Below, one piece after another: positions 40,555-50,062 of a DNA stretch of 64,000 nucleotides. The notes below the pieces were generated by a model. The model saw nothing but the letters and a program-made list of their open reading frames with translations, did no database searches and was not told where the DNA came from. The translations under genes were made by a program, and so were the position numbers. Each line of letters opens with the position of its first letter. Position 1 is the first letter of the stretch. Location of the stretch: positions 1,248,001 through 1,312,000 of the forward strand of contig CP122380.1 of the NCBI GenBank assembly GCA_024650005.2, in the 5' to 3' direction. Source of the stretch: Candidatus Bathyarchaeum tardum. Lineage in GTDB: Archaea > Thermoproteota > Bathyarchaeia > Bathyarchaeales > Bathyarchaeaceae.

Positions 40555-41640
40555 CTACCTGGTTATTTCAATTTTCAACATTTTTTCAAGAGTTTCAGGG
40601 TTTTTACTGAAATGTTCACGAACCGGTTCCAAAATTTTAGTTAACGAGTTAGTGACACCATTTTTTAGGTCAAGAGGATGAATTTTTCCTTCACTGTACA
40701 CATTTGCAAGGGCTTCAAAGCTTTCAAAAGTTTCAGGACCCCCATATTTTGCTGGTCGGGGAATTTCTAAAACATCCATTTCAGGATAAATTATGAGCCT
40801 AGCCAACTCAAGCACTGGATTATTTTTAACTATTTTTGCAGGACAATACGCGTTCTTAATTTTTGAAGAAATATCCTCGACCGAATCGTGAACAAGAATA
40901 CTGCTCTGTGGAATACTTTTAGACATTTTTGAACTGATTTCTACATTTAGTTCTTTGGTTTCCCCGAACTCCCGTTCAACAGTTTGGGGACCTTGCAAAC
41001 CAATAAGAAGGGGAGTGTGAACACAAACAGGTTTTGGCCATTTAAGTTTCTCTGCCGCATCTCGCGCTAACATATGAGCTTTTCTTTGATCAATTCCTGA
41101 ACATGCAACATCAATATCCAACGCATATATGTCGGCAGCCTGCATACAAGGATAAAACACCCACGCAGTTTCGATGTCTTTAAGGCTTGTTTCACGACCC
41201 ATTACAGGCAGGGCACGCCATGTTCGGTTAACTGACACGCTTTTGGCAATTCGAACAACTTTTTCCCAGTATTCAACTTTGTCTGTTATATCAGAAGCCC
41301 AACGAAACTCCACTTTGTCAGGTCCTAATCCAAGGGCAGTAAATATCTGTTTGAGGTACTCTCCACAGGTTCGAATGTTTTCCATTTCTCCCCCTAGTTT
41401 ATTGTTTATCCAAGAATGCCAATCAGCCAAAAAAATAGTGTATTTGAAACCTGCTTTTACTAAATGCTTAATTTTGGCTGAGCACACCAAACCTATTCCA
41501 ATGTGCAATAGTCCAGAGCACTCAAATCCCCAATATGCTCGAGGAGTGTTATTTGTCTCTAGTAATGTTTGGACATCTTGGGGGGTTATTACTTCTGCAG
41601 TATTACGCAGGACTAAGTCAATTCTTTTTTGCAGGTCCAA
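40555..41640 (-). CDS. tyrS: Tyrosine--tRNA ligase
   Basis: YWGFECSG..HIG, ADWHS, YP.MQAAD, DQRKAH, KMSKS, HPLDLK. Confidence 0.96.
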   Translation of the reverse strand: MDLQKRIDLVLRNTAEVITPQDVQTLLETNNTPRAYWGFECSGLLHIGIGLVCSAKIKHLVKAGFKYTIFLADWHSWINNKLGGEMENIRTCGEYLKQIFTALGLGPDKVEFRWASDITDKVEYWEKVVRIAKSVSVNRTWRALPVMGRETSLKDIETAWVFYPCMQAADIYALDIDVACSGIDQRKAHMLARDAAEKLKWPKPVCVHTPLLIGLQGPQTVEREFGETKELNVEISSKMSKSIPQSSILVHDSVEDISSKIKNAYCPAKIVKNNPVLELARLIIYPEMDVLEIPRPAKYGGPETFESFEALANVYSEGKIHPLDLKNGVTNSLTKILEPVREHFSKNPETLEKMLKIEITR

Positions 41641-41739
41641 TATGGTGCCCTCTTATCATGTCATGTAAGTTTTTGACTTAAAAAGTTCGTGTCGCAAGAA
41701 TTATTCTTTAAGCAAAAAAGACAAAAAGATTGGTCAACT

Positions 41740-41934
41740 TTAGTCGTCAAAAATGAACAGTTCATCAATTGTTGTTTTCAGGACTTTTGCGACATTGTAT
41801 GCAAGTTTGAGGGATGGATTATATTTACCTTTTTCAAGGTAAAGTATTGTTTCTCGTCTTACTCCTACGTTTCTAGCCAAGTCATCTTGGGTGAGATTGT
41901 GTCGAGCTCTAAATTCTTTGATTCTAGTCCGCAT
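41740..41934 (-). CDS. XRE/Cro HTH transcriptional regulator
   Basis: MRTRIKEFR....[24 protein letters not shown]; start overlaps the upstream stop. Confidence 0.9.
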   Translation of the reverse strand: MRTRIKEFRARHNLTQDDLARNVGVRRETILYLEKGKYNPSLKLAYNVAKVLKTTIDELFIFDD

Positions 41935-42269
41935 CACAAGTCCTCGTTTTTGCTGTAATACCCGCTTAATTGGCCATACGAGATTCCAGAAACCAACATA
42001 ATTGCAATTATTGCCCATCCAGCTTCAAGGTCGGGCAAATCGAAGCATTCTGTTCCGAATATGATAAACAAGGATAATGATACCATGAAAGCTAAACTGA
42101 TATAGTAAGTTCCAATAGCTGCTTTTCCATTAATCTTTGCAGTGTGCTCATCTTGAATGGGGTAACCTGATTTTTTGTCTTTATGAATTTTACACAAAAC
42201 AAGCACTCCAACAAGAATCACAAGAACTGCGTTCAAAATTAAAATTGTTGGCCACACAAAATTGGTCAT
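41934..42269 (-). CDS. DUF2178-like membrane protein
   Basis: QDE.T.KI..KAA motif with three TM segments; typically paired with an XRE HTH. Confidence 0.75.
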   Translation of the reverse strand: MTNFVWPTILILNAVLVILVGVLVLCKIHKDKKSGYPIQDEHTAKINGKAAIGTYYISLAFMVSLSLFIIFGTECFDLPDLEAGWAIIAIMLVSGISYGQLSGYYSKNEDL

Positions 42270-42271
42270 TT

Positions 42272-42496
42272 TTACTGTTCCTCCCCTTTCTTACATACAA
42301 AGGATAATGTGTTGCCCGTGCCTATCAGACCTAGTCCGGTTATGCATATAACCGTTGCAACACCTGGGTGGTCAACTGCCATGATTGGTTCTCTATAAGC
42401 AATCAAATATGCACCTACTAAGCATGTTGCCATTCCAAGGAAGAAAATGATGTTGTTCCACTTTTTCAACATTTTTTCCCCATTGTTAATTTTCAA
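42272..42496 (-). CDS. Small two-TM membrane protein
   Basis: Two hydrophobic helices; 2 nt from the next gene, whose RBS (GGGGAGG) lies within it. Confidence 0.6.
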   Translation of the reverse strand: MKINNGEKMLKKWNNIIFFLGMATCLVGAYLIAYREPIMAVDHPGVATVICITGLGLIGTGNTLSFVCKKGEEQ

Positions 42497-42716
42497 GGTT
42501 TATTATTTATTTCTAACCTTATGTTAGATATAAATAACATTTATATATTTAAGATTTGCGTACAATTCCACATACAAGGAACCAAAAACAGGACATATAA
42601 GATAAAATTTTAACTAATTAGCTAAATAAGATTAAATATTTTTCAACAATTTACCCGAAAAAGTGACAAATCTTAAATATGTTTTACTAACACATTTGTA
42701 AACCGAAGGTGAAAAA

Positions 42717-45293
42717 ATGAAAAAACTAGATTTACATCCGAAAATTGCTACCTTGACTTTGGTTTTATTATTAGCGATTTCTGCTGTAATCGTAACTTTG
42801 CCTATAGCTAACGCTCAACAGACGAAGGCAACCGTCGCCTATCTTGGCGCAATGCCTAATCCTGTTGGCGTTAGTCAGCAGGTACTATTACACATTGGAA
42901 TCACGGAGTCATTAGCAAGCGCCGAAATGGGCTGGGAAGACATGACCGTTGAAGTCACAAGACCCGACGGCACAACCGAAACCCTTGGTCCATACAAAAC
43001 AGACTCAACAGGAGGAACAGGTGCTGTATTCGTGCCAAGCATGGCAGGTACGTATGAAATGTACACTGTTTTCCCCCAACAAACAGTAATAACTGGTGGA
43101 GGATTCTTTGGACCCGAAATTGAAGTAACATACACAGGCAGCCACAGCGAAGTATTAGAACTAGTCGTACAAAATGAAGCAATAGAATTCTATCCAGGTC
43201 ACACAATTCTAGATGAATATTGGAGTCGCCCAATTGACGCACAACTGCGTGAATGGCAAAGCATTTCAGGAAGCTGGACACGTGATCCAGACAACTTATA
43301 CGCTCCATACAATGACGCGCCAGAAACTGCCCACATACTTTGGGCAAAAGAAATTGCAACAGGTGGACTTGCAGGTGGAGAACTGGAAGGAAAAAGCTAC
43401 GGAATTGGTGACGCCTACGAGGGAAAATGGCCTAGCCGATTCATCATAGCAGGAAAATTATACTACACCGAAGGGGGTACAAGTGCAGATCTTCCAAGAA
43501 CATACCATTGTGTTAATCTCCAAACTGGAGAAGAAATTTGGAGCAGAGTCTTCATGAATAACGAAACAATTGATTTCGCCCAAATTCTATATTGGGACGG
43601 AATGAACTACCACGGCGCTTTTCCATACTTGTATGTCGAAACAGGTGGGGGAGGAGGATTCTTTGGACCACCAACACCTATGACTTGGAATGCATTTGAC
43701 GCATATAGTGGAGACTGGAGATTTTCAATAACAAATGTTCCTGCAGGAACCAGACTATATGATGAAAACAACCAAATGTACATACTCCAAACAAACACAG
43801 CAGCAGGTTGGATGGCCCTGTGGAGCATGACAGAACTTGTTATCGCTCAATCAGGTGGATTTTATGGCGGCAGTTGGGGTAACTCAGCCCATGGAAATAA
43901 TTTTGATGCAGCAGACGGCAGTCCAGCGGCAGCAGCAGCATGGCTTTGGAACGTAAGTATTCCATCAGGTTTAGTTGGAAGTGTCCAAGCAGCTAACTAC
44001 GGTGACAGAGTTATCGGTGGAAGCATCAGCACTGAAGAAGTAACACTGTGGGGCTTAAGCCTTGCAGACGGAGATGAAGGAGAAGAGATATTCAATAACA
44101 CTTGGGATGCACCTGCTTACTGGTCTGAACTAAACATTACCGTATCAGGTTTTGCAGGGGGTTGGGTTGCATGGAGCTTTGAAGACAAAGTTGCAGTCCT
44201 GTACACAAAAGAAACCCGAGAAGAGTTTGGATTCAGCCTTGAAACAGGAGACAACATTTGGGGGCCTACAGACTCTGAACATTACCTAAACGCGCTGGAA
44301 GACTCAAGTGCAGCTGTAAGGAACATTGCATACGGCAATCTATATTCTGTTAGTGTAAGCGGAATAGTCTACTGTTATGATGTCCAAACAGGAAACCTAA
44401 AGTGGACCTATGAAGTAAACGACCCCTACTCTGAAATGTTATGGTCAAACAACTGGTGGGTTAAACCATTATTCATCAGTGATGGAAAAATCTACATTTC
44501 CCATACAGAACACTCACCTATAGATCCCCGACCCCGAGGTGCACCTTTCGTTTGCCTTGACGCCCTAACTGGTGATGTAGTTTTTCGAATTGATGGTGCT
44601 TTTCGTACAACCCGATGGGGAGGACGCGGAATCATTGGGGATAGCATAATTGCATTGATGGACACCTACGATCAACGCATATACGCCATTGGTAAAGGTC
44701 CAACAGATTTAACCGTAGAATCACCAAAGAGCGGAATCACAGCAGGTTCAATGGTAACCCTTACCGGAACAGTAATGGACATATCCCCCGGAACTCAATC
44801 TCCTGAAATTGCAATGAGGTTCCCCAAGGGTGTTCCAGCAATTGCAGACCAAGACATGAGCGCTTGGATGAAGTATGTCTACAAACAATTTGAACGGCCA
44901 ACTGACATTAATGGAGTTTCAGTGAAAATCGAAATCGTTGACCCAAATGGTGAGTATGCCTGGATTGGAACGGCAACAACTGATGTTTACGGCAGCTACG
45001 GTTATTCGTTCAGGCCCCAAATTGAAGGCCAATACATGATTATAGCAACTTTTGAAGGCTCCGAAGCATACTATGGCTCAACATCAATAACATACTTCGC
45101 TGTAGACCCAGCACCTACACCAGCAACACCAATTGAACCTGAACCTGAAACCCCTGAAGTACCCATTGAACCAACCCAACCAGTCCAACCAGAAGCACCA
45201 TTGATTACCACGGAAATTGCAGTCATCATAGCAGTTGCAGTCATAGCAGTCATCGGCGTAGCAGTCTTCGTTGTTCTAAGAAGGCGAAAATAA
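42717..45293 (+). CDS. Large secreted PQQ-type beta-propeller surface protein (paralog A)
   Basis: Signal peptide; YW.RPIDAQ.REW; AYEGKW; repeated G...W blades; EHSP.DP.PRG; RFP.GVPA; Pro/Glu linker; C-terminal TM-RRRK. Confidence 0.85.
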   Translation: MKKLDLHPKIATLTLVLLLAISAVIVTLPIANAQQTKATVAYLGAMPNPVGVSQQVLLHIGITESLASAEMGWEDMTVEVTRPDGTTETLGPYKTDSTGGTGAVFVPSMAGTYEMYTVFPQQTVITGGGFFGPEIEVTYTGSHSEVLELVVQNEAIEFYPGHTILDEYWSRPIDAQLREWQSISGSWTRDPDNLYAPYNDAPETAHILWAKEIATGGLAGGELEGKSYGIGDAYEGKWPSRFIIAGKLYYTEGGTSADLPRTYHCVNLQTGEEIWSRVFMNNETIDFAQILYWDGMNYHGAFPYLYVETGGGGGFFGPPTPMTWNAFDAYSGDWRFSITNVPAGTRLYDENNQMYILQTNTAAGWMALWSMTELVIAQSGGFYGGSWGNSAHGNNFDAADGSPAAAAAWLWNVSIPSGLVGSVQAANYGDRVIGGSISTEEVTLWGLSLADGDEGEEIFNNTWDAPAYWSELNITVSGFAGGWVAWSFEDKVAVLYTKETREEFGFSLETGDNIWGPTDSEHYLNALEDSSAAVRNIAYGNLYSVSVSGIVYCYDVQTGNLKWTYEVNDPYSEMLWSNNWWVKPLFISDGKIYISHTEHSPIDPRPRGAPFVCLDALTGDVVFRIDGAFRTTRWGGRGIIGDSIIALMDTYDQRIYAIGKGPTDLTVESPKSGITAGSMVTLTGTVMDISPGTQSPEIAMRFPKGVPAIADQDMSAWMKYVYKQFERPTDINGVSVKIEIVDPNGEYAWIGTATTDVYGSYGYSFRPQIEGQYMIIATFEGSEAYYGSTSITYFAVDPAPTPATPIEPEPETPEVPIEPTQPVQPEAPLITTEIAVIIAVAVIAVIGVAVFVVLRRRK

Positions 45294-45304
45294 TCCCCAA
45301 ATTT

Positions 45305-45326
45305 TCTCTCCCTTTTTTTCTTTTTT
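45305..45326 (+). terminator. Oligo-T archaeal terminator
   Basis: TCTCTCCCTTTTTTTCTTTTTT after the stop codon. Confidence 0.6.
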
Positions 45327-45343
45327 GGGAGTAAAAGTATGGT

Positions 45344-45464
45344 AGAAATGGGGCTGAAAAGGCTCAAACACCAAAAATGAAAAAATTACCAAAGTGATAG
45401 TAGCAAAGTTTTTTCATTTTTTATCCTCAATAGCCCGTGTAAGAGCCTCAGCAAACCCATTTCT
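45344..45464 (+). ncRNA. Structured element closed by a strict bulge-helix-bulge (copy 1); predicted 96-nt excised RNA at 45359-45454
   Basis: AGAAATGGG-GCTG-AAA-AGGCTC pairs with GAGCCT-CAGC-AAA-CCCATTTCT; homologous copy at 59017-59138. Confidence 0.65.
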
Positions 45465-45544
45465 TTCAACCTTTTTAATATTTTAGTTAAATAATTTAAC
45501 TAATTTGCTATTCACAAATAGAAGGTATTAATCGAAAACAACCA

Positions 45545-45622
45545 TGGTGGGATCGCCCGGATTTGAACCGGGGTCACGAGAGTCCAAGTCTCATAGCCTG
45601 GACCAAGCTAGCCGACGATCCC
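45545..45622 (-). tRNA. tRNA-Pro(TGG), intronless, CCA encoded
   Basis: GGGATCG/CGATCCC acceptor stem, TGAGA-CTTGGAC-TCTCG anticodon arm, GGTTCAAATCC T-arm, ACCA end. Confidence 0.93.
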
Positions 45623-45677
45623 CCTTTAAAAAAAGGGCACTCACCAGATATCTTTAATTCAGCAAGCTTTTATGAAC

Positions 45678-45718
45678 AACAGCAATTTCCTATAAATATC
45701 TTCAGTTTCTCAAATGTT
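45678..45718 (+). repeat. 41-bp direct repeat, left copy (att-like)
   Basis: AACAGCAATTTCCTATAAATATCTTCAGTTTCTCAAATGTT, identical at 47616-47656. Confidence 0.9.
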
Positions 45719-45720
45719 TT

Positions 45721-45888
45721 TCAAACTTTGACTTTCCTGAACATCTTTAGGACATCAATTTTAGAAACATACTCATAACCTGATTCTATCAACTTTTTTG
45801 CATCTTTCGCATTCATGGCAGTTTCACAACTGTAATCCGTTGGTTGCAAGCAATCATACAATTCACTATACCATTCAACATACCACAT
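45721..45888 (-). pseudogene. C-terminal remnant of an archaeal tyrosine recombinase/integrase
   Basis: MWYV...DYSCETAMNAKDAKKLIESGYEYVSKIDVLKMFRKVKV resembles the A..LIE.G(F/Y)EYV....K.FRK tail of archaeal integrases (recognised from memory); stop lies 2 nt from the repeat. Confidence 0.55.
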
Positions 45889-46233
45889 TGAATATTTTCT
45901 ATTAATGGTTATTCACAAATATTTCGTTTTGTATATCTTAAATGATTTCTGGTTTAGAAACCAAGTGGATAAGAGGATTAGTTTTGAATAATTTTTAACG
46001 AGTAAAATTATTGACTTATTCTATGAATCTAAAAAAGGGGAGGGTTTCAAGAAACCAAAGTGGAGATATCTCCATCATTTAATTTCAACCAAGAATATGG
46101 TATCCTTACAGATGTGTATAGTTAATTAAACAAAGAAAAATGGAACAAAAAAATCCTTGGTCCAATAATTTTCCTTTTTTCTTTTTAGTTGAAAGTAGTA
46201 AATTTTAAATAATGAGAAACGAGAGCATATTAT

Positions 46234-46303
46234 TGCGAGTAAGACCTATTCGAGGCAATGATGCCCGCAACTGTGGGATGGGAGTAATAGAATAGGGGTC
46301 GCA
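46234..46303 (-). ncRNA. Structured RNA immediately 3' of the DUF3800 gene (DUF3800-RNA-motif-like)
   Basis: TGCGA/TCGCA and CCTATTC/GAATAGG nested stems with an inner CCCACAGTTGCGGG hairpin; GC-rich within AT-rich surroundings. Confidence 0.55.
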
Positions 46304-47023
46304 TTACTTTCTCCAGAGATAATTAAAAGAGGTCACATCTTTAATTATATCCACATAAATCGAATTTTCATGTTCGTATTTTTGGAAATAGGCACCAGCT
46401 ATAGAATCAACAGCTTGTAGACACGGTTCAACTTTAGAATCAACATGGTCAGATACTATTGAATCAGAATGAAGGCTATTTCCCCTCACGTATGAGAGAT
46501 AACTCGCTTTTTCTTTCACATAATCATTAAAATCTTGTATTCTTGTTTTTGGAAGGCTTTTATCAAAAATCATATTCATTTTTTGTCCAGTCTCTAAACT
46601 GGGAAGTAAAGCGGAAATGATGTTATGGACCATTAGATAATTGTAAAGTATCGGCAATTTGTCTCTCAAATCAGGGCTAACGTGTTTCTTTTCTACCACA
46701 ATAGCGCCTATGTTAGCATTAGTTTGAACGATTGTTTCTAGAACCGTTTTTCTACAATAATTGTTCATTTTACAGAATTTTAGTTCATTTTGTCCACGGT
46801 GATATCTCTTTTTCTGATGAAAGTTTTTCAACAAACGTCTCATTCGTATTCTGATATTAATTGCTGGAGTGCATGCCAAATATGCAATAATAAAAAATTT
46901 TGTAGATTTATCTGAGAACCCTAAATCTCCAGATTCATCTACATAAACATACAAAGTTAGTTTTCCTCTTTTTGTTTTCATCTCTTTATGTGGCGCGAAA
47001 AGAAATGTGTTTCGATAAAACAA
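46304..47023 (-). CDS. DUF3800 domain protein (RNase H-like fold)
   Basis: YVDESGDLG, ELKF, FD, DS....LQAVDSIAGA. Confidence 0.88.
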   Translation of the reverse strand: MFYRNTFLFAPHKEMKTKRGKLTLYVYVDESGDLGFSDKSTKFFIIAYLACTPAINIRIRMRRLLKNFHQKKRYHRGQNELKFCKMNNYCRKTVLETIVQTNANIGAIVVEKKHVSPDLRDKLPILYNYLMVHNIISALLPSLETGQKMNMIFDKSLPKTRIQDFNDYVKEKASYLSYVRGNSLHSDSIVSDHVDSKVEPCLQAVDSIAGAYFQKYEHENSIYVDIIKDVTSFNYLWRK

Positions 47024-47615
47024 AGAAAAAACAAAACTTGAAAAAGTTACAGTTCAATAACCCTTTTATCTTTTTATTTTTTAATAAAATTGTTTTTTTG
47101 TTGCTGCAGCTGATCTACTCAAACCGCCAATTTCACGCCCAAAACCTTTACTGGAGATTACAAGCCATCCCGGAATAATGCAGAGAATTGGATAACTCGA
47201 GCAACTCTGTAGTTATTAATCACATTAACCACAATTCAATAAGGTCTGAAATATTTAATTTCAGAAATAATTTTTTGTACAAAAGAGGGAGTTTAAAGTT
47301 GGCGGAGAATAAAGGATTGGAGAAAAAAATTTTCTATATTAGCTCATGTGACTGATTCTCAAAGACAGATCATTTTAAGGAAAATTAATCAAGGTACCCG
47401 TTTTGATGAGTGGAGTCAAATAACTGAGCTAGAAATTGCCCAAAAATTAGCAGTCATATTTGGATTTAACAATATAGAACTTTTTCCCATATTAACTAAT
47501 GGAAAAGAAGCAGACAGCCTCGTAAGCCATAAAAGGAAAAAAATTTATGGAGGTAACCAACTGCAAAAAAGGGGAGTTTTGTGGAAAAACGTGTCGATAT
47601 ATCCAGCGTTTGGGA

Positions 47616-47656
47616 AACAGCAATTTCCTATAAATATCTTCAGTTTCTCAAATGTT
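47616..47656 (+). repeat. 41-bp direct repeat, right copy
   Basis: Identical to 45678-45718. Confidence 0.9.
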
Positions 47657-47707
47657 GGTTAAAGGTTAAATTTTCGCATAAATTTTACGGGAATAGAGAT
47701 TTTTGGG

Positions 47708-48967
47708 CTATGAATACGGTGGGCGTTCTGTAGTTGTAACGTCAACTGATATTATTTCGCCTGCCCTCCAGACTGTTAATGTTATTGTCTCTTCGGGAGA
47801 AATTTGGGTTTCCATGTATTTGCTCCAGTCTTCAAGGGTTAAGACTTCAAAATCATCGATAGATAGGATGATATCCACAGCGCGTATACCTTCATCCTCG
47901 TATACAACTGGAAGTAATCCTGCTTTTTGTGCAGGATATTCTGGAAAAACATCCACAACTAAAAGGCCATTCTGGTAACGGTCAATATTGGATATGTTAA
48001 TTTCTGTTATCAGTTGTGGAGTCAAAGCGATTATTGAAACTCCCACGAATGGATGCTTGTATTCGCCTTCTGAGATAAGGGCGGGAATTACACGTTCCAG
48101 AATGTTAAGAGGAACCGCATAATTTAATCCATAACTTGTTCCCGCATTTGTGACTCCAATTAGATTTCCTGAAAGATCCAGCAAAGGTCCTCCGGAACTT
48201 CCAAAAGTAATTGTTAAGTCTAACTGGAACACCGGGATAATTATTGGCGGGATATCAATTAGTTTGTTTACCTGAGAAATATACCCTACAGATAGGCTGT
48301 CAGTTGAACCAAGGGGGTTACCTATTGCTACAACTTTTTGACCAACATTTATAGTTTGATCCCCAAATACCAAGGGTTCAGCACCATCCGGAATCATCTC
48401 AACCTCTAAAATAGCCAAATCAGAATAAGGGTCCGAACCAATAATAGTGGCGTTAGTTCTGCTACCATCAAAATATTGGATTTCTATACGTGTTTGAGTT
48501 GTCACCACGTGATAGTTTGTGACTATTGTTCCAGAATTTCCAAACAAGAAACCTGAACCTTGACCCCAAGGAGTAGAAATCAAAACAACAGACTTGTGGA
48601 CGGCATCATAAACTTCAGCAGGGGTCTGGGGTTCCATTTGGTCAATTTTTTCTTCAAGGTCTAACAAATCCTGGTCTAATTCAAGTTGTAATGTGTTAAT
48701 TTTTTCTTGTTGATTGGAGTTTTGTTCTTCGAGGGTGTCTAACTTAGTTTCGAAATCTTCGAGAACTGATTTTGTTTCATTTAAAGTGGTTTGCAGAGAT
48801 TCGATTTGTTCATTTTGTTCGTTGAATATGCGTTCTGATTCCTCTTCTTGTTGGTTTAGTTGTTGTTGAATGTTTGATGCGCTCTGAATTACAAGATACG
48901 AATTAAAAGTGGAAACAATTATTGCAACAAGAGCTAACACTACAATGATTTTGATTATTTTATCCAT
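47708..48967 (-). CDS. HtrA/DegP-like serine protease with N-terminal TM, coiled coil and PDZ domain
   Basis: GSGF, TNYHVV, SDLA, GSSGGPL, C-terminal PDZ. Confidence 0.92.
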   Translation of the reverse strand: MDKIIKIIVVLALVAIIVSTFNSYLVIQSASNIQQQLNQQEEESERIFNEQNEQIESLQTTLNETKSVLEDFETKLDTLEEQNSNQQEKINTLQLELDQDLLDLEEKIDQMEPQTPAEVYDAVHKSVVLISTPWGQGSGFLFGNSGTIVTNYHVVTTQTRIEIQYFDGSRTNATIIGSDPYSDLAILEVEMIPDGAEPLVFGDQTINVGQKVVAIGNPLGSTDSLSVGYISQVNKLIDIPPIIIPVFQLDLTITFGSSGGPLLDLSGNLIGVTNAGTSYGLNYAVPLNILERVIPALISEGEYKHPFVGVSIIALTPQLITEINISNIDRYQNGLLVVDVFPEYPAQKAGLLPVVYEDEGIRAVDIILSIDDFEVLTLEDWSKYMETQISPEETITLTVWRAGEIISVDVTTTERPPYS

Positions 48968-49050
48968 GAAACTTCATTCATGTTTATTCTCTAATAAAAC
49001 TTGAGTGGTTCCAAAAAGGACCTGAATGTAATTGTCGTACCTAAGCACAT

Positions 49051-49272
49051 ATGTACTTGAACATAAGGGGAGGTAAAGTAAGGATTGATGAATTTATCAA
49101 CACACATCTGTGGGGTAAAGACGTAGACGTTTACTGTGGGGGTCCTGACGGGTTCAAAGGAAAAGTGATCAGTGCAGTTAACAAAATTCTAACGCTTGAA
49201 ACCAAAAAAGTTTACACGCATGTAACTGTTGACAAATCCTTGCATTATGGCTCAAAGACCAATCATGGCTAA
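49051..49272 (+). pseudogene. Small Sm-like (MM0924-like) protein, probably frameshifted
   Basis: VDVYCGGPDGFKGKV...ILTLE...THV.VDK; adding one A near 49236 restores K-ILALW. There is no canonical start at the expected spacing after GGAGGT. Confidence 0.45.
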
Positions 49273-49504
49273 AACCAAAAAATCTAAAGCGGATACAAGT
49301 ATGAACCAGCTAAAAGCATTTTTTTTCCTTTTTTATTAAACAGTAAAACTAGGCTGCTTTTTCCAAATTAAACATTGAAAAACAGAAAAATTACTCTAAA
49401 TAGCGTACAAATAGTTTTCAACTTTGATTAGTTGAATTTTTGCAGTACAGTTTCGTAATAAAATTGAAAAGTAAAACACTGAATAATTAGAGTGGGGACA
49501 AGCA

Positions 49505-49711
49505 ATGGATGATACTGCAGAAAAAAATTTCTTTTCATTTCGAATGTTATTAACTATCTTTTACTGGATCGTTGGCACTGCAATGATGGTTTTGAGTTTA
49601 TACGTTGACGTAAGTGTTTTTTGGGGTTTAGCTGTAGTTACTGCAGGAACAATATTGTTGATAGCCAATTTTGTAAAAGACAAAAACGAAAAGAAATTTT
49701 CCCAAAAATGA
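49505..49711 (+). CDS. Small two-TM membrane protein
   Basis: 68 aa; GGGG RBS; two hydrophobic helices. Confidence 0.55.
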   Translation: MDDTAEKNFFSFRMLLTIFYWIVGTAMMVLSLYVDVSVFWGLAVVTAGTILLIANFVKDKNEKKFSQK

Positions 49712-49771
49712 ATACGCCCTCATTTCAACTTAACTAAGGCAATTAGTCAAACGATAAATGGTGAATTTGTT

Positions 49772-50062
49772 TTGAACCGTGAGGAAGCTATTTTGTTTAT
49801 AAAGGAACTTCTTGAAAAATGCAGAGGTCTTGATGGCCATTATTTTGAGTTATAACCACCATACAGTTCGACCCCATCAGCTGGGGGATACCAAATTATT
49901 ATTCATGCAACTCTTGACAAAGAAACAAAAAACCAAATAAAACCAATATTAACCAAACATCAACTTTCACACCAAGAAGGCACCATGTTGAAAATAAGAA
50001 GAGGTAAAACAGAACCAGATACCTTCATAATATACAAACCCCGGCCAAAAAAATACAACTAA
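49772..50062 (+). pseudogene. Small hypothetical protein with an internal TAA
   Basis: MNREEAILFIKELLEKC...EL*PP...GYQIII...FIIYKP is a continuous 96-codon frame except for TAA at 49853-49855; GGTGA RBS. Confidence 0.5.

Larger units (their letters stand above)
45678..47656. mobile_element. Decayed ~2-kb integrated element
   Basis: Perfect 41-bp direct repeats, an integrase-like C-terminal remnant, DUF3800 cargo, and position adjacent to tRNA-Pro. Confidence 0.6.

Noticed and set aside
45105-45200. CCTGAA-type short repeats
   Set aside because: They encode an ordinary Pro/Glu/Thr linker.
45545-45622. Reading as tRNA-Gln(TTG)
   Set aside because: That register lacks U33 and breaks the anticodon stem; TGG fits.
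45563-45778. 71-aa ORF (and 47348-47662, which shares QQFPINIFSFSNV)
   Set aside because: Antisense to tRNA-Pro; the shared peptide merely reflects the 41-bp DNA repeat.
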